Counted from the whole stretch's first letter, positions 12,708 to 25,220 are shown. The stretch: 63,920 nucleotides of DNA, filler included, from Dicyema japonicum (GCA_011109175.1; 6 parts of 6 records of this genome joined end to end with filler, not necessarily neighbours in it), one strand, 5' to 3'. Made by a program: numbers and translations. The notes: a model not told the origin generated them from the sequence alone.

Positions 12708-14379
12708 TAAGACTGATTCGATCTAACGTATACAGCGACCTTTATATTCAGTACAAACTTAAAGGCACAGATGGAGTGAGGCGGCTATTCTCACTGTATC
12801 ATTCAGCGGATTTCCAATTTCAGCATTAAACCAAGAATCCGTTGAATGACAGTCAGTCTTTTTGAGGAAGACAAGTCTTCTTGCATCTCATATCATAATC
12901 ACACTTTAAATATGATATCTGATTAGTGCGGTCATCCGGATCATTGAGGGATAAGTCCTTCCATACTCCCATAGCCTCTGATAGTGACATAGATACATTC
13001 AGACCCGGATAAGAGTTAAGGACTGTATCCACAAATTTTTTGGTGAACTGAATGAGAAAAAATGTGCAGCCAATGAGGTGACTGAAGGCACAGTACGGTC
13101 CATCCCACTGAAACCAATGGGAGGAGTTCTTTGAAGTCATCCATAATCATCTAAATGTATATTTAAAATGACTTACCTAATTTCACAGACAAGAGAAGAT
13201 AGAAAATATTATTCATCATAACAGAGGGAATCCAACATCAGCGGAATGAAATAAATGTCCAATCCTTTCACTTATGGAACCTTTCCACTAGAGTGGGGGA
13301 AAGTAAATGATCTTTTTAGCGTCACTCCGGCACTGTGTAATTGATCACATGATGTCATCAAGTAGAGCAATGGAAGAAAAGGAACAAAGGAAAGAAAAAG
13401 AGACCTTTGAACAAGTAGCTAGCGTTTAATAGATCCAAAATATCAAATATCTTGTGAAAACTATTTCCGATTCATTGACGACTCCTTTACTAATTATTTT
13501 AACCACACCATAGGTTTTTATCCAATATTGTCATTTAGCATAAGTTCTATAATGCTACACAACATATAACCTTTGGATTCCATGTTAGTCCATAATAAAA
13601 GATCGCTTTCAATTTCTGTGAACCTTAAATGAGGGATTTAAGAACACTAAAAACTAGTACTATGATGGATTGAATGGCGGAATCGAGAAGATTACCATAC
13701 CTATACTCATTAAGATCCCTAACAATAGAAGTGCGTGGAGGTCGACATTCAGAATGTTATCTTTTGCTGCATGAGTAGCTATTAGTATTGTAGCTCTCAG
13801 AAAGTGCTTTAGTAATAGAGCAATAGAAAACTGAGTAGAGTATACATACTGTGAGTCGACACTAGCCGAAGACTGGATTGAGACATTATTCCTATATTCC
13901 ACAGGAAGCTATTAACCATCAGAATGGTATTTACACAGGGAAAATTAGGAAGAACGTTTTGATTATAGACGGATAAGCCCAAATGTTAGCTACTAAAAAT
14001 AATGGAGCAAATTGTCTTCAAGAGACTAAAATAAGTTAAATCAATAACCTTGAGCCGTAATTCAAGACAACCCGTAATAAGTTAAGCGGCTATAGACTAT
14101 AAAAGTCATGGACACCTTTCCCCAGTCAAGACTATAAAAGTCAATTTTTTAAGAAAGGTTCCATTATGGAATTCAGGCATTGAGGACGTAATGGGAGATA
14201 CTGCCTAATGATCGCAAGTCCAATATTCAAGAAGAGCCATCATGTCATTAGACTCTCTTCCGCACTTCTGCAATTCCGCTCATTAACATGATAAACTTTG
14301 ACGTGCTGGGGTAAAACATGCCAGACGTCTCGAAAGAGATCACTGAAAGGCGAACCGATCTCTCAATTTCCTAGTTTTG

Positions 14380-15590
14380 AAATCTTTAGTAGTACTTGCT
14401 GTAGAACCCGCGTACTGTGGTGACCTGAGCAGATTCGCCTTTATGCAAGATACCCCCCTTGACTTCATGGCTTGGTATATATGCCACGCGACTTCTTTCC
14501 ATCACTTCGATAAAGTTTAAAGAGTTCCAGAAAACATGCAAACCCCGTGTCTTAGATTACTCTCATGACAGTCAAGTTTTATCTGGAGGATATCTCCCGA
14601 CACTTCGCATGTATTACAGCGGATGTAGACTTTTCATGTCAATCGTTCCATCGCATTTGCATCGGTGTTCCAAGCAGACATCAAGCAAGACCTAGCCAAA
14701 GAACAACTCCAATTGAGTACCAACTGAACGAGTATCAACTGCACGAGTGAAGGCCGAATTCCTTGAGTTTTTAATCAAAAATCACAATTATTGTACAAAA
14801 TTGGTGATAAAACTGCGCAGGTTTGAAAAGTTAGTCGTCGGCTTTTGAAGAAACCCCCTTTGATCCACACAAATTGAGGAACTGGACCAACATTACACAC
14901 AAGACTACTCAATCGTCTCTTTTAGAAACGAATAACTTGCAACGTCGGGCTTGTATTCTGTCAGCCTCTTCTACCTTCAGCAGGGCTTTGCTGAACGCGT
15001 TTTTATCATCTTCAATTGGTTCCCTTCTGGATCAGGATGCCCTTCGAATTGGCGTTTCCTTCGTCTCGGGGTCGACCTGTGCCAGCCTCATCCGTGCCGT
15101 TGTGAACTGCAAAGGGTTTCACCCGTTTTCTTGCCGACGCAGCAGTGGTCTGTTCCCGAGGTATGCCGCTATTAACGGTGTCGTTAGGCGCTCTCTTGAG
15201 GCGACTGGATTCCGGAAACTCTGTAACCTGTGGGCCTAAATCGTGGGGATAAAAAGTGCCTAGAAGGTATAACTGTGTTCCATTTCTCTCAGGTGAAATG
15301 CTTGATTTGGGATGTGGCTTTTATAGACACCTATTCCCAGTCGAGACTTTCAGACTCCACGTTGAAGGCTTGGGAGGCTGCTCGAACATTCGAGAATTCC
15401 AAAATAAGAAAATACGACAGCCTCTGCACCAGATTTTTTGTACATCCCATTGCCGTCGAAACGAGCGGAGTCTTCTGGCCCAATAAGGTCTCTTTTATAA
15501 AATCGCTCGGGTCTGATATCGAAAGTGAGTGACGAGCGTCGGGGAACCGATTAGCTGTACCAGAGGATTTCTCTGGCAGTTGTCAGCAAA
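14380..15590 (+). mobile_element. CRE-clade RLE non-LTR retrotransposon remnant
   Basis: ALLNAFLSSSIGSLLDQDALRIGV...CQPHPCRC...RYAAINGVVRRSL...WDVAFIDTYS...KIRKYDSL...PIAVETSGV, homologous to 49176..51558. Confidence 0.85.
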
Positions 15591-16148
15591 TTATTTTATT
15601 TTGTAATAAATTGTCACACTAAAAAATTACCTGAATAGAATGAGAATGTATTTTATTTAAAAACAGAACCAAGGACAATGGTAAAAACTCATACTTCAAC
15701 AGGCAAAGACAATGGCCATACCCTGCAACACAATCTCTGGTCACGAGGGTCTTTAAGTTTTGTTGACGACTCTTTTACCCATTCTCCCAGCCGCTCCTGG
15801 GGTTTCAAGGGCGAATGATAGAAATCTCAAAAAGACAAATGAGAATTATTCCATCAATATCTCGAGATCAATGTTCTTGAAACGCTATTGTAACTTTTGT
15901 TGTATTTTATTTATTCAGATTTTTGCATATCTGATGCTTTATTGGTTCTTCATGTGCTCCACAAAACGATGGAAGAGACTGAGGTGAAATATATTTAATA
16001 ACCCCGAAAAAAAACACCAAGAAAGAATGAGTAGACCAACTAATTAAGTGATCCCAATACACCTCAACAGGATCGAGAGGTTTTTCCTATGTTCATCCAG
16101 AGTACCCACTGCTTTCCTGAATAGACGACGTTCATCTTTCACTAGAGT

Positions 16149-16706
16149 TTAAAGAAAAGTGTTTTTTTTCCCCAAATTACGTGTATTTGAGGCTTCTAGC
16201 CTAGAGTGGAAGAAACAATTTGTTTCTTGACCACACAGACCGATGAAGCCAGAGTCGTTATTTTTGATTGCGGCATGGTCAAGCATTGGGGGAAAAGATT
16301 GGGGTAGATTTGTTAGACGTGCAAGTTTGACTGTTAGGGAGTTGATCTTGTATGAATTAAATATTGAAGCTCCATAGGCCCATGAGGCACAAGCATACTC
16401 TACCGTCGGTTTTAGTAGTTGATTGTACATGAAGACAGCGCATTCCCGTGACGGTCGGGACTTTAAGAGCGGTTTCATTATATTCAGTTTCCTGAGACCT
16501 TTTGTCATAACGTTCTTCACATAATGAGAAAATGTCATCAAAGGGTCAAAAGTCAATCCCAGAATAGTTGGATGAATCTGTAAAAGTAGAGTCTCCATAT
16601 ATGTTAAAATCCAGTGTATATTTTTCTTTTCTGTCTGTAATGAAGATGGTATACGTTGATTGGATATAGAGAGACGATTCAGATTCAGACATTTTAGAAG
16701 AACCAT
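16149..16706 (-). mobile_element. 5'-truncated LINE fragment (RT thumb/C-terminal region), frameshifted
   Basis: STYTIFITDRKEKYTLDFNIYGD/HPTILGLTFDPLMTFSHYVKNV...MYNQLLKPTVEYACASW. Confidence 0.8.
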
Positions 16707-16827
16707 GTCATTAATTAATTAATTTTCAAGTAGTAAAATTTTAAATATTATTTATTATAATAATTTAAATATCATTCATTTATTTAAATATTTGTGACGG
16801 CGAACAATAAATTTATGATGCTAAAAT

Positions 16828-17577
16828 ATGGCTTATGTGATAGTTATGAATTCACATAAAAGGCAAGATCAGAGTCTCGCTTTATTAACCCGTAAGTTTG
16901 TTGAACTGTTGAATTCTTCAAAAGATGGTATACTTGACTTACGAGAAGTTGAAATTTTATAAAATATTGCAGGCAGTCTCTAAACTACCAATACATAATA
17001 GCCGTAGAATATACGACATAATAAACGTACTCGAAGGAATCGGTCTTATAGAAAAGATATCTATGAACTACATTAGATTGATGTAAGACAAATTTAAATT
17101 TTAGTTCTAATAAAAGTGATCCTTCTAAAGAGGATCGTCGGCTTCGAGAAGAGATCAAATTTCTTAGAAACTACGAGAAGGATCTAGAAAAGGAGGTCAC
17201 TGCTGCGATGCAATGTACCACAAAAATGTGGAATGACACCGACTGCTGTCATAACCTTAATTTTGTCCAAAGTTCTGATATCTCGCCAGTTTTTGAAAAT
17301 CAGACGGTTTTTGCAGTTCATGCTCCACAGGAAGCTCGGTTATCTTTTCCTAGAACAGTTGTTTGCCTGTTATTTTACTCTTTAGGGACGGAAGGGAGGT
17401 CAACTCCGTGTTTTCTGCGATTCAGGGACTGTGTCGGTTGTCCTTATAGATGAATTCACCAAAGATAACTCTAAGAGCACTCCCGTATGCCTTAACAAGG
17501 TTGATTTTTCTGGGAATGACTGCTACATCTTTAAAATGAAGGAAGATGAAAGTCTGGCTGACTGCTTTAAGGATTAA
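16828..17577 (+). CDS. E2F: E2F transcription factor (E2F4/5-like)
   Basis: RQDQSLALLTRKFVELL...GILDLRE|AVSKL...RRIYDIINVLEGIGLIEK, a marked box (VFAVHAPQEARL), and a pocket-protein-binding-like C-terminus DCYIFKMKEDESLADCFKD*. GT-AG introns at 16948..16972, 17083..17104 and 17361..17385. Confidence 0.93.
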
Positions 17578-17619
17578 CTTTTATATTTTTGTGTTAAGTA
17601 AATTAAAATTTTTGCTACT

Positions 17620-18624
17620 CGGAGTTACCCAAGGAAGGCAACTGGGCTGTTTTATCTCCAGTATCCCCACAGGGCTCTTTAAAGTGCATAGTCTTCTAGA
17701 AAGGATTGTCTTTTGTTTGGACGCCTACTTTTGCTGAGGGGTTTATGGAATGGTTGCTAGTAAAGTTGGGGTAACCAGCTAATTTCTTCTTTTGCAGGTA
17801 TCTCCAAGTATTGGGCTATATAAGATTGGAATTCTGAACGTTCGGGTAAACTATGCTTTTTTAGTTCTGAAATATAGCGCGTAGGATGTCTTCTGAGTTT
17901 GCAACATGCTTAGGGATTAGGTGAAATTGCAATTTGTTTAAGTTTAATGACTCTTTGAAATTTGGCTATTTTGCATAAATTTGATAATTTTTCTTTGAAG
18001 TGAAAATTTTCAACAGTTATTCATTTTTAACATGACATCTTTGAATAGGCCAGTTGGAAAATTAAAAATAGGATGTCAGAAGTTGAGAAATAGCAGTAGC
18101 TAAAAAGCTGTGAACACATCGAACTGGGATAATAGTGTTCGATATCGTTCTAACCACCCTTTCCGTACGAATGGATTCTACCGTTTCAACGGCTGACTAA
18201 TGGAATATGGTCTCTGTGAAGTCTGAGGAAACTACTTACATTTCCTTTGATTGCAGAATCGTTGATTATTGGAGGGAAATTGTTTATAGGGTGTCCGGTT
18301 AAAAATGAATGGGGTTTCCCACAGTTGGAATGAAATTGACCTTAATTCCATGAGCCGCAGACATACTCGAGAAGGTTAACCGACATTCCTCTATGAATTG
18401 GTGACAGTAATTGAATTATCCTTACAAGATTTAGAATATGTATAGAATCTAGTGAACATTTTTTTCACATTTTGGGAGAAAGATAGTATGTAGTCGAAGG
18501 TTTTTTCTATTCAACCAAAAACCTTCTCTTTTTCTGTTTTGCTATCCATTTTTTCTAAAAACATTACTCCCCTTACAAAATCCTAATGAAAGTCACTTCT
18601 ACAATACCGTATACAAATATCCAT
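17620..18624 (-). CDS. Probable unidentified multi-intron gene between E2F and Greatwall (exon structure unresolved)
   Basis: Coding-like GC content bounded by AT-rich spacers, an ATG at 18624 head-to-head with Greatwall, many 16-26 nt GT..AG candidates, and a stop-poor 3' frame ending RQSFLEDYAL*. No unique parse was found. Confidence 0.35.
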
Positions 18625-18769
18625 TTTAGATTTTTCAGGTATAACTGGTTATATAAAATTTTTGGATAACCGAAAAATTAAAAAATTAAGTTTAATTGTT
18701 TAATTTTTTTCTATTAAAAATGTTAATATTGTATTAGATAATTTAAAAATAAATAAAATTAAATTTATA

Positions 18770-18777
18770 GCGCCAAA
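18770..18777 (-). promoter_or_regulatory. Consensus E2F site TTTGGCGC just upstream of the Greatwall ATG
   Basis: gcgccaaa at 18770..18777 is the only GC-rich patch in the extremely AT-rich 18650..18790 spacer. Confidence 0.5.
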
Positions 18778-18790
18778 AATATTTTGTTCT

Positions 18791-19928
18791 ATGTCGCAGG
18801 TAAAATTTAATTATATTCTAGCCAAAAGTGGAAGACTTCGAAAAACTAAGGCTAATAAAAAAGGGAGCGTTTGGTTCTGTCTATCTCGTCAAACGAAAGA
18901 ACCGTTCCAACAGACTCTTCGCAATGAAAGTTATCGACAAACAATTTATGCGAAACAAAAACATGTATGGCCAAATCACATGCGAACGGAATGCACATGC
19001 CATCAGTAAATGTACTTCTGTAGTCTTTCTCTACTACTCCCTACACGATGACAGCAACGTCTTCCTGGTATAATTCTCAGTTTAGTTTTGATTATGGAAT
19101 ATCTTCTTGGTGGGGACCTTCGTTCACTTCTTGACACGTGTGTTGTGTTTGACAAGCAAATGACTGTCATTTATGTTGCAGAGATCATTCTTGCCTTAGA
19201 ATACCTCCACCGCCACGGAATCATCCACAGGTTCTTAATTGGTCTCTAATAGTAGGGATCTGAAGCCAGACAATATTCTGATCGCTTCCAACGGTCACCT
19301 AAAACTTACGGATTTTGGACTCTCAAAAGTTCAGCTTGGAAGAGGGGAGATTATTAGTCTAATTATTAGAAATCTTAGAGTCTGACCTCTTTCTGACCCC
19401 AACTACTGGAAGTGAAGATCGCAGAGGGATTATCGAACGCACTCCCGGTCAAATAATCTCCCTCACTTCTAGTTTAGAGCCGGTAGTCGTTGATTCTTAG
19501 CTAGAAGACTGTAATCGGGAGAAATGAAACCCGCCATCCTGCAATTGCCAGTTCCCCATTCTCCAAGAAATGTTCGATTATCGTTGAGTCGCCACCCTCA
19601 AATCAGGTTTTGGGGACCCCCGACTACTTGGCACCAGAATTGCTGACGATTGGAAGTCATGGTTTTGGAGGTTGAAGTATAGTAGGACTTGAAGTGGATT
19701 GGTGGTCGCTTGGTGTTTGTACGTTCGAGTTTCTGACCGGGGACTCTCCTTTCGGTGGGAATTCAGTTTCCAGTGTGTTTCAGCAGGTGCTTAAGAACGG
19801 TTGTGAAAGGTCCTAATTTGGCAGAAAGGATTTGGATCGAGGAAGGACTGATTTCTGTTATGGCTGGGGACTTTATAGACGGACTGCTGTGCTATAATGT
19901 TGAGGAGAGAGAACGAAATGATTCCTAG
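18791..19928 (+). CDS. MASTL: Greatwall/MASTL serine-threonine kinase, compact
   Basis: [36 protein letters not shown]|[13 protein letters not shown]|[48 protein letters not shown]|[11 protein letters not shown]. Introns at 18800..18821, 19068..19090 (GT-TG), 19231..19255, 19345..19369 (GG-AG), 19483..19504, 19662..19685 and 19800..19824. The exact 3' end is uncertain. Confidence 0.92.
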
Positions 19929-20581
19929 AGAGGATGGGATTGTTTCCCGTGACTGTTTTGTAAGGGTACCCCCTTTGCTTGGGTATTTTAAGAAATGATT
20001 TTTTTATTTTTAGTAATTTTTATTTTATTTTTGTCATATTTGGCGGTCTTTTGGAAAGTGGTGATGTAGGGTAATCGTCTCAATGTGTTAGTTTCGTTAT
20101 TGCTTAGTTTATGTTGTTAAAATAGTTTTTTTATGAAAAGCAAAACTATGGTAAAATGTTAAATAGCGATTACTTAAAGGGACATAGTTAAGTTGTAAGG
20201 TTGATCCATTTGCATCTTTGTATGGAGTATGTAGTAAGCAAATCATATTCATTGCAATTCATAATATCTACCCAAAACTTTGAATCTTAACAAATTCAAA
20301 TCAATAAGCCAGATATTAGAGTACACGACTGGTTGAAAAAATTGGATTACCTTAATTAATGTTGGAACAACCTCTCAAGATCCCATCAGGCAGGTTGAGA
20401 AGAATAGGGTTCACAAATACTTGCCCCTTGAAGGAGAACTCTCGATTTTATTTATTAATGCCTAATTGGGATCTTATTATTAACCCAAGAACACCATTAG
20501 TTAATTTAATTACTAATTTAATTAAGTGATCTCGAAGGCCTCAATCAGAATTCTCATTTTCTTTTCGTGCGCCTTCTGGAT

Positions 20582-21064
20582 TCAACACAACTTCTCTGTG
20601 GGCGGGGTGATGTATACCCTTCTCACAAAACACGTCGTGGCTGTGTATTGTTGAGAGTTGCACTGCTTGCACAGGGTAGCAAATCCCTTTCCATTTTGTC
20701 GGATAAGGTCTTCAAGTGATGAGGGTATTAGTTTTTCTAGTTTTCCGAGATTACTAATAGTAGTGGCTGTTAAGGCCTGAATGTCCCGGATTCTTTGTTT
20801 GTTCGTCCAGGACAGATTGATTCCCCATGACGTACAGGCATAGCTGACAGATGGCTCAATGAATTGTTTGTACAATAATTTCAAAGCTGGGAAAGAGGTT
20901 TTAATGCCACCAAAAATAGTTTTGATTATCCCTAGCTTTCTTGAGCAGCTTCCAGAGACAGCGTCGACGTGAGATGAAAAGGACATGTGTGTGTCGAAGG
21001 TGATCCCCAAGATTTTCAGTTTCTTCGTGAAAGGTATTTTTGTCTGGTTGATAAATATATCCAC
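20582..21064 (-). mobile_element. 5'-truncated LINE fragment (RT thumb/C-terminal region), open frame
   Basis: KIPFTKKLKILGITFDTHMSFSSHV...LYKQFIEPSVSYACTSWG; same region as 16149..16706 and 54952..55620. Confidence 0.8.
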
Positions 21065-22451
21065 AGTTGAGATCTTGACTTTGTAATAGCACTGTCAGTG
21101 ATCTGCAACTGTTTAAATATTCAAAAAAATTAATAACTTGAAAATGTGTAAAATCTAAAATTTTAAATCAATAAATTACTCGAAATATTTAGCGAACCAT
21201 ACCTTATTTAACTATCACTTAAACTATCGATTCTAGTCGATCTATGGGAGCGACGGGCATTTGCTACGTCTTACTAATAGTCGCTGGTACTGAAATTGTG
21301 CAGAGAGAATATGAAGGAACTATCACAACACAAGTAAACCTAGAATGGGATAGATCACAAGATTTAAATTAAAGAGAACATGGAGCTTGAGGTACTCAAT
21401 CCTCATATAACAAACGTGAGATGTTGATGATTCATATATTGTCCTCAATATTTCAAACCAAAAACCTTAGAAATTTATTCTGAGATGTCAGAAGATCAAA
21501 CAAATGAAGAAAACTAAATTGGACATCTTGCATTAAATGATCTTAATGTTTCTATTGTTTGGTAGGCTAAACGAGGGCGTAGGAATAGTCTGCTCATTAG
21601 AGTGTCATCTGTAACTACTATTTGATAAATTTAGTGTTTTTGTCTTATACAGCCATTGGAGATCGAGTCCGTTTCCTATCACTGTGAGAGTTAGCTCTGC
21701 GTTGATTATGTCGACGGCGACCATTTGATTTATTATTTAATGAAAATTTATTATATCCCGGATTTTCGAGCTGATTTCCATAACACTCCAAAGGGGGAAT
21801 AGTTATGGTTGCGGTATTCTAACATTCCGAGGTAACAATTGAATGTACTTTCTTTTAAGGGGGATCTGCCTCATTCAACTATTTAATGAAGTAAATGGAA
21901 GCTAATGGNNNNNNNNNNNNNNNNNNNNNNNNNNNNNNNNNNNNNNNNNNNNTTAATTAATTAANNNNNNNNNNNNNNNNNNNNNNNNNNNNNNNNNNNN
22001 NNNNNNNNTCTTTTGGTTCCTGACTATCGACGATGTGATGACTATAGATCTAATTGAAGAAGTCGTTATGATGGTGACTTTTTTAATGATTTCTCATTTG
22101 ATCGGAAGAATCATCACTACGGTGATGAATTTTATTCAGACAGACCGTGATCACTTCAAGTTAGAGAAATCAGTCTTAAAGTTGTTATGACTGGGAATTA
22201 TATCGATTCTTTGTCTTGGTGAGAGTTGATGATACAATTGTAGACGTTCCTAATGAGGGAACTCGAAAATAGTTTATTTGTGTCGCCTGTTGTCAGTAAT
22301 CGCTGTATATTCAAAATATGTGTTTAGTCATCTAATCAAATAAAAGTTGTATTAGTTGCAGAAATTCGGAGGATTATCGTAGATTAGTGTACATACCGAT
22401 TTCTTCAGAATGTCAAAGGAATCTACCAGAAAATCAATACTTGTATATCCA

Positions 22452-23112
22452 CTAATTATTATAAATAAGCACTTCGTGGAAGCTTAGCAATGTTAAAAAA
22501 ATATCATCCAATCGAGACACAGGATTTATTTTAAGAAGAAAATAACAGCTAGGATACTTAATTACGGAAGCGGGTAAAGCACCGCTTCCCGATTCGTTTT
22601 GAATTTGAACCCCCAAAAATTTAAAAAACCAAAATCGCACCCCCGATTTTAAATCTAACAGGATTCGAATTTTATTAGAAAAATTAGTTAGGTTCCTTGA
22701 GATTTTCCTGCCTTTTAGTTTTAATTCTTCTAAACGTGGTTTTTTGTTTGCTAGTGATATTCTGAAATCGTTTTCAGGGTTAAAAGCGTTTCGGTACTTA
22801 TTTTTTATATATAGTAGAGATGAAATCCAGATTCACATAGCCAAGTTGTTGCAAGTTGAACCAGAACTTACTGTACGTTTTTTGTAAGGGTCGGAAACCC
22901 AACTTGCGAACCGAACCAAATAAGTCTCCTAGAATTTTTGTCAATGCAGGTAAATCCAAGCTTCGGAAGCGTTCCTTGGATATCGTGACCATTAGCCTGA
23001 AAACATTCAAGATCATTTCCTGAAAGTTTTGATCCCCGTTGATAGAACTAAAATGTCCGTTCAGCTTTGATGTTTTCAAATTTGAAATATAAAAAATGAC
23101 ATCATAAAACAC
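22452..23112 (-). CDS. Possible unidentified host gene (overlapping open frames)
   Basis: The 104-aa ORF 22798..23112 is followed by an open frame of about 127 codons ending at 22452. No family recognised. Confidence 0.2.
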
Positions 23113-23140
23113 ACTCTGTGGTGTATCGACTTAGTCAATA

Positions 23141-23830
23141 CTATTTTCGTAAAACTATATTCAACATAGGATTCTTTTCGTTCTGAACGCTAATCTGAGG
23201 GAGTATCTTGTTCTCTTCGAGGTCATAACTACAAGGGGGCAGAACGTGAACCGATCGTGCAGCGCTTCGTATTTTTTCTCCTTCGCTTTCATTGCGGTTT
23301 CTGCGGCATACAGTGTGTCTACCGCGTTCCCGACAATGTTGATGAGCAAAGGGGATCGGCGCACGTAGCATTCCATACCAAAGGCTTTCCTCCTCGAATA
23401 AACAAATTCTGATTCTGTTAGCAGTTTTCCACCTAGCCCTGACCAAGTAAACATTTAAAGTATCCAGGCGTATCCAGCAGATTCCATTTCTCGTTTAACA
23501 ATTCCGTTGATAATTTTATTTTTTGGGAATCGTTCGGCATTTCTTCGACAAGAAATGGCATGATGTCCATAACAGTAGACGTTTGCACCCACCTGCACTT
23601 GTGAGTCTGACAGATTTTCAGTCCATGTCGAATGAAGATAGTACGGACAGTATCGTCATCAAGGTGGGTCCCGACGCTACCGACCGGGAGGGTATTGATC
23701 CAAGTGCCACTCCATTCGCATCTTCCGGTAACTATACAAGCACGTCGGTGTGGGTTTGATTGGTCAGAAGCCTTTCTCTTGGCAGATGGACCAGTAACGG
23801 TCATTTTATTCAGGCATCTTGACTCTTAAA
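23141..23830 (-). mobile_element. CRE-clade retrotransposon 3' remnant
   Basis: SGTWINTLPVGSVGTHLDDDTVR...ICQTHKCR...GKPLVWNATCA..KYEALHDRFTFCPL. Confidence 0.8.
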
Positions 23831-24479
23831 TGCTCCAAATCTCTAATCTCCGACGATTCTGATGAGAGTTATCATCTTGATCAACACCTGAAACTTAAAA
23901 ATTTAGACACTCAAAAAATTAACCACGTGGTCAGGCCTAGGTGGTCAAGACATGTGGGTACTCCAAATAAATCGGGGCTCATTTGCTATTGAAATATTTA
24001 AACCAAATTAACAAATAAGCTTATTAAATCAATTTAAAAAATAGCTTTTTAATTTCTAAAACCAAATTATTAAAAGTGTTATTTGGGTTTAAAACAAGCA
24101 CTTTTTCTGGTCCCCGAATAGATACAGATTCTCCGGGATTTGACCCCACTTGCCCCAACTTTTTTCGGGTACGCACTTGCATATATGTTGCCCCTTTAAG
24201 ACTGACATACTTGTCTTGACCTTAGCTCCCCCAGGGATCACAAATGAAGACTTTGAATTTCGTGAAATTTCGATTAATATCACTCCTGTCAAGTGGCGTG
24301 ACCTTCAATGCTAATTTCAAAACTTTCAACTTTAGTCATTTCTAGGCATTAATACAAGAACCCAGAAATCCCTGAATTGGGAGACAATGGGAGATAGCCC
24401 ACGTGGGTAAAAAATCAAAACTTTATTTTTTTAAACTGTTTATTTAAACACTTTTCTTCTTACAAATGCAATAATAAAC

Positions 24480-25220
24480 TACTTATTTCAAGTCTCCTAA
24501 GCACTTTAAATTGTAATAAAATTGTCTCACAAAAAACTGGTCAAAAAGTACAAAAAGGACAAATATGCAGGGTGTGCTAAATCCTTTGGTGAAGAGATTC
24601 CCAGTCCACCAAAGCTAAAGGATAAGATTGCTTGATTCCACCCCTGGTCGTAAAATTTAACATTTTTAAGACTTTCGATAGTGGTCCGGACGATGGAATT
24701 GATAGTGCTGATCAGTTTCATTTTTAGGTAATGAAGTGCTCCGGAGAACGTAGTTTAAATTTTTTGCTGACATGAAGTTTCTCAGCAGGAATAGAGATGT
24801 ATGTGCGTCCAGCATCTACAGACATTGTATGTTGTTTTTTGTTGTTCTTTTGTTCTGAGACGTTCAAAATGGGACGAAATAGGTAAATCACTAATACTAG
24901 AATTCCATCATTGATATTTTTAACCACCGCAAACTTCCACATGCTGGTATAAGTGGCATTCTATCTCTTAAGCAAAACCTACATTCCGGTCGCAGAGATG
25001 ACTCCGACTCTGTCGTTTATTATAATTGCTATTGACACGTTTAGCCTTGGTTTTGAAACTTGTTGACAGTCTGTCACGTGTATGAGGCTAGTCAATTTGA
25101 TTCTATGTATTATGGTAATAATAAATTTCAAGTCTCTAGAAGGAAAGGGCTGAAAAAATTGTAACAGTCGGCTGAACCCCTTCATGAGTAGAAAGTAATA
25201 AAATTGAATCGATCTCATTC
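24480..25220 (-). mobile_element. CRE-clade retrotransposon RT remnant (probably the same copy as 23141..23830)
   Basis: GWNQAILSFSFGGLGISSPKDLAHPAYLS matches GWTQCKLPLRYGGIGIRSPLELALPAFLSS in the 49-51 kb element. Confidence 0.65.

Noticed and set aside
12853-13950. Hydrophobic minus-strand ORFs (12853..13140, 13660..13902) suggesting a membrane protein
   Set aside because: Many stops, no consistent splice parse and no recognisable family.
16560-16600. Possible GG-AG intron that would repair the frameshift in the RT fragment
   Set aside because: Removing it would delete the conserved GxxIP segment before PTILG; a simple indel in a dead TE is more parsimonious.
17620-18400. Long frames interrupted by scattered TAA/TAG suggested a ciliate-like stop reassignment
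   Set aside because: E2F (TAA), Greatwall (TAG), and H1 and the exonuclease (TGA) all end at sensible positions, and conserved exons contain no internal stops once micro-introns are removed.
21909-22008. TTAATTAATTAA between N runs (also near 36345, 45903, 59582 and 62511)
   Set aside because: An identical six-frame-stop scaffolding linker inserted by the assembly; not biological.
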